From assembly GCA_021734665.1 (NCBI GenBank), contig JAIPIN010000003.1, positions 1 through 47,658 on the forward strand: a stretch of DNA of 47,658 nt, read 5' to 3'. Numbering within the stretch: position 1 is the first letter of the stretch; every line of letters begins with the position of its first letter. The stretch is from Kiritimatiellales bacterium (lineage in GTDB: Bacteria > Patescibacteriota > Gracilibacteria > Peribacterales > Peribacteraceae). A program made the translations under genes and the position numbers. Positions 26,711-35,465 of this stretch are shown here, piece after piece. The notes under the pieces are model-generated. The model searched no databases, was not told where the DNA came from, and saw only the letters and a list, made by a program, of their open reading frames with translations.

Positions 26711-29700
26711 TCACTGCAGAACCTTCCGAATAAGCACTAGAATCTTGCTTACTTCCGCACGATTAATGAAATCGTCGGGACGGAATGTGTTAAGAGGATT
26801 GCCATTAACGTCTGTATCCCCTTTAATGAATCCATATATTTCAGCCGTAGCAATAGCACTGGCGGCAGGATGATATTTTGAAACGTCTGTAAACGATGCT
26901 TCTTTCTGTGCAACGGGGAAATTGAGGATGTGTAGAATAATCCTGATAACATCAGCACGAGTTGCAGGTGTGTGCACATCTAAATCAGGACTTATACCTG
27001 GTATAGCAAGAGCTTCTGCTTTTGCGACATACGATGACGCCCACGTCCCTTTGGCTGATGTGTTTCTTGATGGCGGTAGTCCGGTGAGATCTTCATCTGC
27101 TGAAACCAACGTCATCTTTAATACTTCTGCTGTAGTTACAGGATTGGCTACACCGAATTCACCCGTTGGTTCGCCCTCCAAATCCCTGTACCCCTCTGCA
27201 ATACCATCATCAATGAGCATAGCAATATATGGGGAATACCACGCATCTATAGGGACGTCTCTATAAATGACATCTACTGAGTTAACTTGTGCCATCAGAA
27301 GACCGCGTTGCTCTGCAATACGAGCCGTTCTCCCTACTTCTTCGGTACCAGCAGCCGTGTGAGGGAATCCAGAAGATGCTGACGACTCTGCTGCAAGTTG
27401 TGACTGAAAGTATGAGAAAATTGCTTCCTGTGCAGCAATAGTTCTACGACGCACTGCCTGTTCTTCTTCGCTCAAATTTTGAATGTACTCCGATCGTATT
27501 CCTCCTGTAGCCAGACCAGCATAGCTTGGTGTAAACGCTGATTCTGTATTTGTTGCAACGCTTCCATCCCCGCTGCCCCCGCTGCTGCCGCTTCCCTGAT
27601 TGCGCTGACGAGCAACGCGGCCCCCGGCTCCATGAGTAGTTGTGTTAGATGCAGTAGATTCCCCCATAGTTAATGTAATAGACTTTGTTGCATCCATTGT
27701 AATAGAACCTGTTGCTGTTTGACCATTGTAGGTAGCAGTAACAAGATATGGGTTATATTGAGTTAAAGAACCAGAACTGTTTCTGAATTCAGAAAGCATA
27801 GCAGACCCTGTACCATTGCTATTTGTAGTACCTGTATGAGTAACATTACTACCAGAATCTGTAATCGTAACAGTGGCTCCAGATAATTCTGTGCCGTCAT
27901 TCGACTCAACAGTATAAGTAAGAGTCCAGTCGTAATTGAAGGAAGAGTGCTCTTCAGGAGTGGTTGAACCGCCTGCCAGAACAATACTTGCACCTTCAAA
28001 AGCTTGCTCCGTACTTATGTCCGTATAACTATTATCAACAAACCGAATATCATGGATACTATATCCTGCGTTGGATGAAAGTAGAGAAAATGGTAAAAAT
28101 GGGCTTGATGGATTGCTTAATTGCTCAAATGTATTCGATCTGAATTGAAGACTGTTGACTAGATAACCAGCAAACCACTCGGAATTTGTACTAATAGTAT
28201 TATTTTCTACAAGCACCTCGCCAGTTGCCGTTTCAATTTCGGTAAAGCGGAATACAGTTGCATTCTCACTACCAGATAATTTTATTGCGCTTAGAGCGTT
28301 ATCATGAATATGCAACCCAGATGCAAACTCGCCTCGTATGCGAAGTGCACGTGCAAGACCTCCCTCTGCATATGCAGTAATAGTATTATCATAAATTTCA
28401 ATATCATTTAGAAGATTAACATTACCATCACGGATTTGAATTCCAAACGATCCATCATACTCGAATCCATTGTATTCTTGGTTGTTTGATAAAACCCGTG
28501 CTGTAATTGTATTATTATATATTTTAGCGTTTCCTCCAACTGCTTCACCATAAATGGAAATACCATGCCCAGAATACTCATCATCAGGACTACCAGCATT
28601 AATAGTATTATTGTAAATATATGATCCTGAATCATTTGCTAAAAAGATACCATATCCATTGGTATATCTAGACTGCAGAGAAATCGTATTATCGTGAATT
28701 CTAAGATTCTGTGCCGAGGCAGATATATCTCCAGTTGCTACAATTCCACAATGTGGACCACCCGTAATAGTATTGTTGTAAATTTCACCACCTGGCATAT
28801 CATCTGCATTAATAATTCCATGCAATGCATCCCTTGATCTAATAACAGTAACCGAACTAAGAAGTTCGTTATTATTTATACTTACATCAGATGCATCACT
28901 AAGATAAATAGCCTTTGCGTTTGCTCCAAATACAGAAATAATAAGATTGGAATATGTCGCACTATTAACACTACCCCTAGCATAAATACCATTAGATTCA
29001 TCTCCTGCATCAGCACCTTGATTAATCTTTCCATTTTTCACTATGGGACTATCTGCATAACCTATCCGAGTAATATCAGGATGATAAATATCTGCAAAAG
29101 ATTTTGGGCCAACTAAAACTCCATGCTGTCTTATTCGCTGTATTCTAACATCATCAATATAAACATATCCCGATGAAGCAACAGTTGCACCAGACATTCC
29201 AACTCTTACGTAATAAGTTTCTGCACTAGAACCAGTGGTTATTGTATCCGATCTATATCCAAATCCTCTTGTTGATAATCCTTCATCATATGCCATAACG
29301 GATGTGCCCTCCAATTCAGCATAAAGAGTAATAGCACTATCTGTCATGTTATAAAACATGGCTGAAATAGCGTACGTAGTATTCGGCGCAAGAGTAACCT
29401 GTTGTGAAGATCGAATATACTGATCGCTCGCTGGAGCAGAAAATCGCAATGCTTGTGATCCTGAAGAAACCGTTACCGGCTGAACAAATGTGCCAGCAGC
29501 CACATCTGCATCTGCCGCACTTGCGAAGCTCCATCCAGATACTGGTGATCCTGACCCTATTTCAAAATCTCCATTTACTCCTAGATTGATTGGAGTTGCA
29601 TTGTCATATGTAATTGTATAACCATTCAAATCAAAAGTTACATCGTCAGCAATAATTGCGAACGCAGTTCCAGAGCCAGATACATTGGTATGCAATGTAT

Positions 29701-32221
29701 ATGTGGTATCGTCCTGATCTAGATAATAAGGAGTGGCTCCACTTCCTGTTGTTGCAAGCCAAGCAGAATTAATAGAAACATATGTTCCCTGGATAGCTCC
29801 AAAAGTAGCCGTAACAGACATGTCTGTATTTAAAGTAATAGTTTGCATGTTCAAACTACCAGAAAGATCACCTGTAAATCCAGAAAAACTATAACCTTCA
29901 TTCGCATGGGCATAGAGCCTTAGTACAGACCCAGAGTAGTACACATTTGTCGAAACTTCTCCTCCTGATATTACCTCTACATCTAAAGAGCCATTTATAG
30001 TAGTAGATGACAAGGTATGGCTTAAATTACTTGTTGTAAAATTCCATGTGGTTGCATCTGAAATACCTGCAAAATTATTTCCTGCATCATCGTAAAATGC
30101 CATGTTATCTATAGTTATGTAATACTCTGTATTAGAATTAAGAGTGGTACTCGGATTAATGGTTATTGTACTGGTTCCAGACCCTGTAACTTTAGAACCA
30201 GTGGTTGTTATATTCTCTACAAGTAATCCACCTGTAGATGTACGTAATTGTATGGCGCCAGTTCCTGTCTTAGAAATATTCTCTGTAAAATTAAGAATAA
30301 AATTGGCATTAAGGGTAGAGCCAGTAGAATTATCTGCAGGAGTTGTAGAGGAAAGAATAGGCGCTTCAGAATCGATTGTCGTGAAATTCCACGTCGTCGT
30401 ATCGCTTATTCCAGCAAAATCATTCCCCGAAGAATCATCAAACGCATCCGCTCCTACTTGAATGTAATAAGAAGTAGCACTTAGCAAATCTGAAGAAGGA
30501 TTTATTGTAATAGTTGTGGTACCACTTCCTGTAACCAAACCACTTTGTACATCAATAGTTTCTACAGTGGAATTGTCACTTGTTTTTTTAATAATAATGT
30601 CATTATTTGCTCCACTCTCTGGAATTACCGCTTCAGAAAAAATAATTACTAGATTTTCTGTAAGAGAAACATCTACCTCTCCATCAATAGGAGAAATTGA
30701 ATTGATAGTTGGAGAAGTAGAATCGGACGTAAGTGTCCAGTTTTTGTTATTACCAAGATTTAAGATACCAGTGCCTCCAGTAATAGGACTGCCACCTGAT
30801 GCATCAGAATAAGCAACACTTGCATATGTTGCAGATCCTGCGCCGCTCACATTAAGTATCCATGCACCAGACGCATTCAATGATAAAAGATCACCACTTG
30901 AACCATTTGCAGAAAAATCACCGCCTACCGTAAGTACAGATCCCGAAAGACCAGAAGCAAAAATATTTCCACCTGAACCGATGGTAAAATTACCAGACGT
31001 AGTAATAGCTTGGCTATTTATATCTATCTCTCCTTGTGTAACAGTAAAGGAATCTGTTACTACTGCTCCCGTCATGGTTAATAATCCACTACTTTTATTA
31101 ACTGTAATATCTTCCACAGATTTTCCAAGAAAATTTACCTCTTGAGCAGTGCTGCCTGAAAGAAGAATAGAACCAGTACCTTTTGTCCAAACCAAAGTTC
31201 CACCTCCTGTATTTTCAAAAGATACATTGCCTCTAAATTCCCAGTTAGTATCTGGCGACGCTGTAGTATTGTTTATAGTAAAAGTAACTGCAGCAGTATT
31301 AATAAAACTTACATTTCCAGTAAAAATATAAGTTCCTGCATTAGAGGTAAAGGTTTCTGTTGCATTTGCAGATATGGTTACTGTAGTAGCATCATATTGA
31401 GCCGCTGCAATATTCTGATTATGACCTCTCGAAATAGATAATATAGAAACATCAATAGTACCATCCATCTGAGATAGACCTGCATTGTCATCTATAAGAA
31501 TAGTATTGTCTCCAGTAATTCTCGCTAAGGCATGAGTTACTTTAAGATCGCCAGAAACTCCATACATTCTAAGCTTATCTTCCAGTATTAATACTCCCGA
31601 TGCAGTAGATACATCCAGAACTCCTTGTACAACAAGGTAGCTATTTGTATCTGCAGATATGGTTACATAACTAGAAATAGTAAGATTATTTAATGAAGAC
31701 AAACTTGTTCCAACTATTGCAGTCCCAGTTCCATTCATTACTATTGTGCTTGTATTTCTATTAAATGTTGCCACATCCCTAAAATCAAAACTGCCACTAA
31801 CTGTCATAGTTGTGTCTCCTACAGAAACCTGTTTGTTATCTAAAGTTACATCTCCGGATACTGTAATAGATTGGTTGTTTGTTGCATTGTCTATGTGCCC
31901 ATCATTTGCACCTGCACCTGTATATGCAGAAGTAGCTGTTATAGAAGCAACACTTACTGCTGTATCTATTACTACACCTCCAACCTTACTTCCTCCACCA
32001 TCAAAAATAACATCATCACTCGAAGTAGGAACACCAGCACCTCCAGCTCCTCCAGAAGTTGTAGACCAGTTACTTGCACTATTCCATGTACTTGTTGCTC
32101 CTGTATCTGCACCTACCCAGTAACGGTTTGCAGCAGAAGCTGAATTTGGAATAGCAAAAATAAGAAACCCCATGCAAAGTATCTTTGAAAATCGCCTAGC
32201 TATACAGCTATACTGATCCAT
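26711..32221 (-). CDS. Large exported surface protein: beta-strand repeats, two Ig-like (Big_5-type) domains, beta-helix region, C-terminal SLH domains
   Basis: Signal peptide ending ASA, then RYWVG...W....NW...VP...DDV.FD. Duplicated FAGISD.TTWNFTT and I.NN.I repeats. YRDVPIDAWY, FTDV and FRPDDFINRAE SLH motifs. Confidence 0.85.
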   Translation of the reverse strand: MDQYSCIARRFSKILCMGFLIFAIPNSASAANRYWVGADTGATSTWNSASNWSTTSGGAGGAGVPTSSDDVIFDGGGSKVGGVVIDTAVSVASITATSAYTGAGANDGHIDNATNNQSITVSGDVTLDNKQVSVGDTTMTVSGSFDFRDVATFNRNTSTIVMNGTGTAIVGTSLSSLNNLTISSYVTISADTNSYLVVQGVLDVSTASGVLILEDKLRMYGVSGDLKVTHALARITGDNTILIDDNAGLSQMDGTIDVSILSISRGHNQNIAAAQYDATTVTISANATETFTSNAGTYIFTGNVSFINTAAVTFTINNTTASPDTNWEFRGNVSFENTGGGTLVWTKGTGSILLSGSTAQEVNFLGKSVEDITVNKSSGLLTMTGAVVTDSFTVTQGEIDINSQAITTSGNFTIGSGGNIFASGLSGSVLTVGGDFSANGSSGDLLSLNASGAWILNVSGAGSATYASVAYSDASGGSPITGGTGILNLGNNKNWTLTSDSTSPTINSISPIDGEVDVSLTENLVIIFSEAVIPESGANNDIIIKKTSDNSTVETIDVQSGLVTGSGTTTITINPSSDLLSATSYYIQVGADAFDDSSGNDFAGISDTTTWNFTTIDSEAPILSSTTPADNSTGSTLNANFILNFTENISKTGTGAIQLRTSTGGLLVENITTTGSKVTGSGTSTITINPSTTLNSNTEYYITIDNMAFYDDAGNNFAGISDATTWNFTTSNLSHTLSSTTINGSLDVEVISGGEVSTNVYYSGSVLRLYAHANEGYSFSGFTGDLSGSLNMQTITLNTDMSVTATFGAIQGTYVSINSAWLATTGSGATPYYLDQDDTTYTLHTNVSGSGTAFAIIADDVTFDLNGYTITYDNATPINLGVNGDFEIGSGSPVSGWSFASAADADVAAGTFVQPVTVSSGSQALRFSAPASDQYIRSSQQVTLAPNTTYAISAMFYNMTDSAITLYAELEGTSVMAYDEGLSTRGFGYRSDTITTGSSAETYYVRVGMSGATVASSGYVYIDDVRIQRIRQHGVLVGPKSFADIYHPDITRIGYADSPIVKNGKINQGADAGDESNGIYARGSVNSATYSNLIISVFGANAKAIYLSDASDVSINNNELLSSVTVIRSRDALHGIINADDMPGGEIYNNTITGGPHCGIVATGDISASAQNLRIHDNTISLQSRYTNGYGIFLANDSGSYIYNNTINAGSPDDEYSGHGISIYGEAVGGNAKIYNNTITARVLSNNQEYNGFEYDGSFGIQIRDGNVNLLNDIEIYDNTITAYAEGGLARALRIRGEFASGLHIHDNALSAIKLSGSENATVFRFTEIETATGEVLVENNTISTNSEWFAGYLVNSLQFRSNTFEQLSNPSSPFLPFSLLSSNAGYSIHDIRFVDNSYTDISTEQAFEGASIVLAGGSTTPEEHSSFNYDWTLTYTVESNDGTELSGATVTITDSGSNVTHTGTTNSNGTGSAMLSEFRNSSGSLTQYNPYLVTATYNGQTATGSITMDATKSITLTMGESTASNTTTHGAGGRVARQRNQGSGSSGGSGDGSVATNTESAFTPSYAGLATGGIRSEYIQNLSEEEQAVRRRTIAAQEAIFSYFQSQLAAESSASSGFPHTAAGTEEVGRTARIAEQRGLLMAQVNSVDVIYRDVPIDAWYSPYIAMLIDDGIAEGYRDLEGEPTGEFGVANPVTTAEVLKMTLVSADEDLTGLPPSRNTSAKGTWASSYVAKAEALAIPGISPDLDVHTPATRADVIRIILHILNFPVAQKEASFTDVSKYHPAASAIATAEIYGFIKGDTDVNGNPLNTFRPDDFINRAEVSKILVLIRKVLQ

Positions 32222-32303
32222 TGGATGTCAGTATGGCTGATGTACATCTTATATTCAAACTTATTTAATTCTTGTGCCTTGCTAACAGTCGCATTTCTAG
32301 CTT

Positions 32304-32738
32304 TCAATATGCAAATATCTCCTCTTCTTTAAAGAATCTTTCAATTTCCTCAGCAGCAGCCTCTTCGCTATCTGATGCATGGACTACATTGCGCATCTTA
32401 CTATCCCCTTCTTCCTTGCTACCAAACTCGGCACGAATTGTACCTGGTGCTGCTTCTAGACAATCAGTCACTCCCAAATTCTCGCGCATCTTTTCTATAA
32501 TTCCTTCGCCTTCCAAAACCATTCCAATAACTGGAGTAGAACTCATGAACTTTTCTACTTCTGGATAGAAAGGAAACTCTGCAATGTGAGCATAGTGTTC
32601 ACGTAGAGTATCTAGATCTAGCTTAATCATCTTGCATCCTATTATTTTGAATCCAGCATCTTCGAATCGTGCGAGTACCTTGCCGCAGATCTTTTTCTGC
32701 ATGCAGTCGGGCTTTAGGAGAACTAGTGTGCGTTGCAT
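32304..32738 (-). CDS. ndk: Nucleoside diphosphate kinase
   Basis: RTLVLLKPD, PGTIR, NVVHASDS. Confidence 0.96.
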   Translation of the reverse strand: MQRTLVLLKPDCMQKKICGKVLARFEDAGFKIIGCKMIKLDLDTLREHYAHIAEFPFYPEVEKFMSSTPVIGMVLEGEGIIEKMRENLGVTDCLEAAPGTIRAEFGSKEEGDSKMRNVVHASDSEEAAAEEIERFFKEEEIFAY

Positions 32739-32807
32739 ATTTGAGTGGTAGTAAGTTTGGCGATGTTAAATAAGAACCGAGAATAAATAAAGGGAATAGA
32801 GGAACAA

Positions 32808-34070
32808 TTATGAACTAATCATATCTTCTAACTTTGTTTTTCCCTCCTCCTGCCCAATAACTACCAATCTCATCTCTTCTGGCGTTAATAGTCGCTTGGC
32901 CAGAGCATTTACACTCTCCTTACTAACTTTATCCAGCTCTGAGAAGTAGTCTTCTACAGTACGAACCTTGGGATACATAAGCTCTTGCTTGCCATAGAAG
33001 TGAGCCTGCTCTTCTGAGTCTTCAAGTGACAAAGTAATCTTTCCTTTTAAGAAGTCCTTAGCACGTTTTAGTTCTTCATCAGTGATTCCTTTAGACGCAC
33101 ATTCCATGTATTCATGTTTGATAAGTTTGATCGCATCATGCAAACGTGACTGATCTACTCCTGCGCGGGTAGAAAGTGAGCCAGCATCCATGTAACTATC
33201 ATCTTCAGTAGATATGTAATAACAGAGCCCCTTGGCTTCGCGTATATTTAGAAACATTCTTGAGCTCATGTTTCCACCCAAGATTACTGCGAGAAGTTTT
33301 TGTGTGAAGTAATCATCATCCAACGATTTAATTCCAGGTACACCAAGTACAAGATGTGCCTGCTCGGTCTTCTTCGTTCTAAGAAATACTCGATCAGTAC
33401 CATAAGACTCAAATGGCTTGTATTCACGACCTTTTGAACCATTAATTCCCGAGAAGTACTTCTCGGAAAGATCCATAGCACCATCCTCAGAAATCTTTCC
33501 AGCAAATGCCACTACCAAGTTATCGGTTGTATACAAAAGATCTTTGTGAGCTTGAAAATCCGCCTGCTGCACAGACATGATCACATTCTCCTTCCCTATC
33601 GTATCCCATCCCAACGGATTATCGCCAAACAGAAGTGCTTCGAAATCCCATCCCGCACGATACATTGGTGTGTCTTGATACATACGTTCTTCTTCCATAA
33701 TCACTCCACGCTCTCTTTCTATATCTTCTTGAGGGAAGCTTGCGTTCAAAAGCATATCGCTAAGAACATCGCATCCAAGATCAATATGCTCAGCAGCAAC
33801 TTTTACGTAATAGCCTGCATATTCCTTACCTGTGAATGCATTAAAGTCTCCACCAACACCATCAATCGCTACACTCACTTCTTTTGTATTCTTATACTTC
33901 TTTCCGCCCTTAAAGAACATATGCTCTAAAAAGTGGCTTATTCCACGCTCCTCTTCTGTCTCGTATCTAGATCCAGCTCCAGCAAATACCAAGACTGTAA
34001 TAGATGCTGTCCCATCACAAGGAGCTGTGAGTACGCGTAAGCCAGAATCTAGCTTTTTGACTGAATGCAT
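32808..34070 (-). CDS. M16 family zinc peptidase
   Basis: HFLEH inverted zincin motif, NAFT, GGNMSSRMF..IRE..GL.Y. Confidence 0.93.
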   Translation of the reverse strand: MHSVKKLDSGLRVLTAPCDGTASITVLVFAGAGSRYETEEERGISHFLEHMFFKGGKKYKNTKEVSVAIDGVGGDFNAFTGKEYAGYYVKVAAEHIDLGCDVLSDMLLNASFPQEDIERERGVIMEEERMYQDTPMYRAGWDFEALLFGDNPLGWDTIGKENVIMSVQQADFQAHKDLLYTTDNLVVAFAGKISEDGAMDLSEKYFSGINGSKGREYKPFESYGTDRVFLRTKKTEQAHLVLGVPGIKSLDDDYFTQKLLAVILGGNMSSRMFLNIREAKGLCYYISTEDDSYMDAGSLSTRAGVDQSRLHDAIKLIKHEYMECASKGITDEELKRAKDFLKGKITLSLEDSEEQAHFYGKQELMYPKVRTVEDYFSELDKVSKESVNALAKRLLTPEEMRLVVIGQEEGKTKLEDMISS

Positions 34071-34097
34071 TGCGAGCAGTGTACATTAAAGAACCAG

Positions 34098-34198
34098 TAG
34101 GTTCATTATGTTAATTGGGTTTATTAAGTTTATTAGGTCATAATTGAGATATACAATGTCATCTAACCTAATAAACACTATCAACGTAAGAAACCTAT
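34098..34198. repeat. Inverted pair of 9-mer arrays (TTTATTAGG / AACCTAATA)
   Basis: Five degenerate units on the left and about four on the right. Confidence 0.8.
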
Positions 34199-34247
34199 CG
34201 TATTTCTTGACCCATAAAACAGTCCCCTATAGTGTTTCTCGGACTAT

Positions 34248-34388
34248 ATGCTAGGAAAACTCAAATGGCGTCGGCGTCTCCGTAAGCACGGTTTCTTGCA
34301 ACGTAGCTCATCTAAGAATGGGAAGGCCCTGCTTAGTCGTCGCAGGAGAAAGGGCAGAAAGAGGCTAACAGTACAAAAGAAGAAATAA
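34248..34388 (+). CDS. rpmH: 50S ribosomal protein L34 (46 aa, below the ORF-track cutoff)
   Basis: Manual translation MLGKLKWRRRLRKHGFLQRSSSKNGKALLSRRRRKGRKRLTVQKKK contains the HGF..R.....G...L.RRR.KGR..L signature. Confidence 0.9.
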   Translation: MLGKLKWRRRLRKHGFLQRSSSKNGKALLSRRRRKGRKRLTVQKKK

Positions 34389-34446
34389 TAAGCCATCAAG
34401 TCAAAACCACTAGAAGCTAGCAGCTATAAGCTATAAGATATTTTAC

Positions 34447-34773
34447 GTGACTCATTACCTACACAAAGTTACAGGCATTCTATTCTTCCTTTTGGGAATC
34501 AGTCTCTTTGTAGCTTACTTATTAATGCACAACGGAATATATGCTTCCCAAACAGCATGGTGGATTCAGCGAGCCGATCTTTCGTTTGCTCTGACCACAC
34601 TAATATATGGAGGAACTGGGCTTTACTTGAGCATCCATCCAAAAGACAAACCTTCTCGTGCACTGGCACTAACAATAGGTATTCCAGTAGCAGCATTCTT
34701 CGTATTCCTGTTTATCCTAAATTTCTGGGAAGTGCTCGGGCTGCCTCAGGGGGAAATGTTAATAAATCTCTAA
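34447..34773 (+). CDS. Hypothetical membrane protein (3 TM)
   Basis: Three hydrophobic stretches. Fills the gap and overlaps the convergent gene by 4 nt. Confidence 0.7.
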   Translation: MTHYLHKVTGILFFLLGISLFVAYLLMHNGIYASQTAWWIQRADLSFALTTLIYGGTGLYLSIHPKDKPSRALALTIGIPVAAFFVFLFILNFWEVLGLPQGEMLINL

Positions 34774-35306
34774 ACCTCAGTTTCTTTTATCCCCTCTTTT
34801 CTATTTGCATCACGTGCTGCAAGAAAGAGGTAATCGCTTAAACGATTCAGATATATTTTTACATGATTGTTTATATCTTCTTCTTCGGATAATCGAACTG
34901 TGCATCGCTCTGCACGACGACAAACTGTACGAGCCTGATGTAACAAAGCACCAAGCCTTGATCCACTAGGAAGAATAAAATTCTTAAGAGTAGGCAGCGC
35001 CTGCTCAAGTTCATCAATCCAAGATTCAATTTTATATACGTCTTCTTTAGAAAGCCGTACCACACCTGCAGTACTATTAATCGGTGTTGCTAAATCTGTT
35101 CCAACTACGAATAAGACTTTTTGCATCTGCACCAAATGATCTTTTACATCTACTGGGATTCCTTCCTCAGCAAGTACAACTCCAAGAACTGAATTCAATT
35201 CGTCTACTGTTCCATATGCCTCTAGCCTGAGTGAGCCTTTAGATACACGCTCTCCATTAAATAGTCCTGACTTGCCGCTGTCGCCGGTTTTGGTAGTGAT
35301 AGACAT
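34770..35306 (-). CDS. PduO-type ATP:cob(I)alamin adenosyltransferase
   Basis: TKTGD.G, AYGTVDELNS, FILP.G, ARTVCRRAER, YLNRLSDYLF..AR. Confidence 0.93.
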   Translation of the reverse strand: MSITTKTGDSGKSGLFNGERVSKGSLRLEAYGTVDELNSVLGVVLAEEGIPVDVKDHLVQMQKVLFVVGTDLATPINSTAGVVRLSKEDVYKIESWIDELEQALPTLKNFILPSGSRLGALLHQARTVCRRAERCTVRLSEEEDINNHVKIYLNRLSDYLFLAARDANRKEGIKETEV

Positions 35307-35334
35307 GAGATATACATTGTAATAGATAGTCCGT

Positions 35335-35465
35335 GATAGGTTTATTAAGTTTATTGGGCTTATTAGGTTTATTAGGTTCTTATTATCATTCCATTAAGAA
35401 CCCAATAAACATAATCAACTTAATAAACCCAATAAACCGGTATAATTCAATGAATTCAATCAACC
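35335..35465. repeat. Inverted pair of 9-mer arrays (GGTTTATTA / AACCCAATA)
   Basis: Five units at 35335-35388 and about seven at 35398-35465, ending at the pheT stop codon. Confidence 0.9.

Noticed and set aside
26711-32221. Diversity-generating retroelement target or template repeat
   Set aside because: No reverse transcriptase in the window and no near-identical repeat pair differing at adenines. The internal repeats are diverged Ig-like domains.
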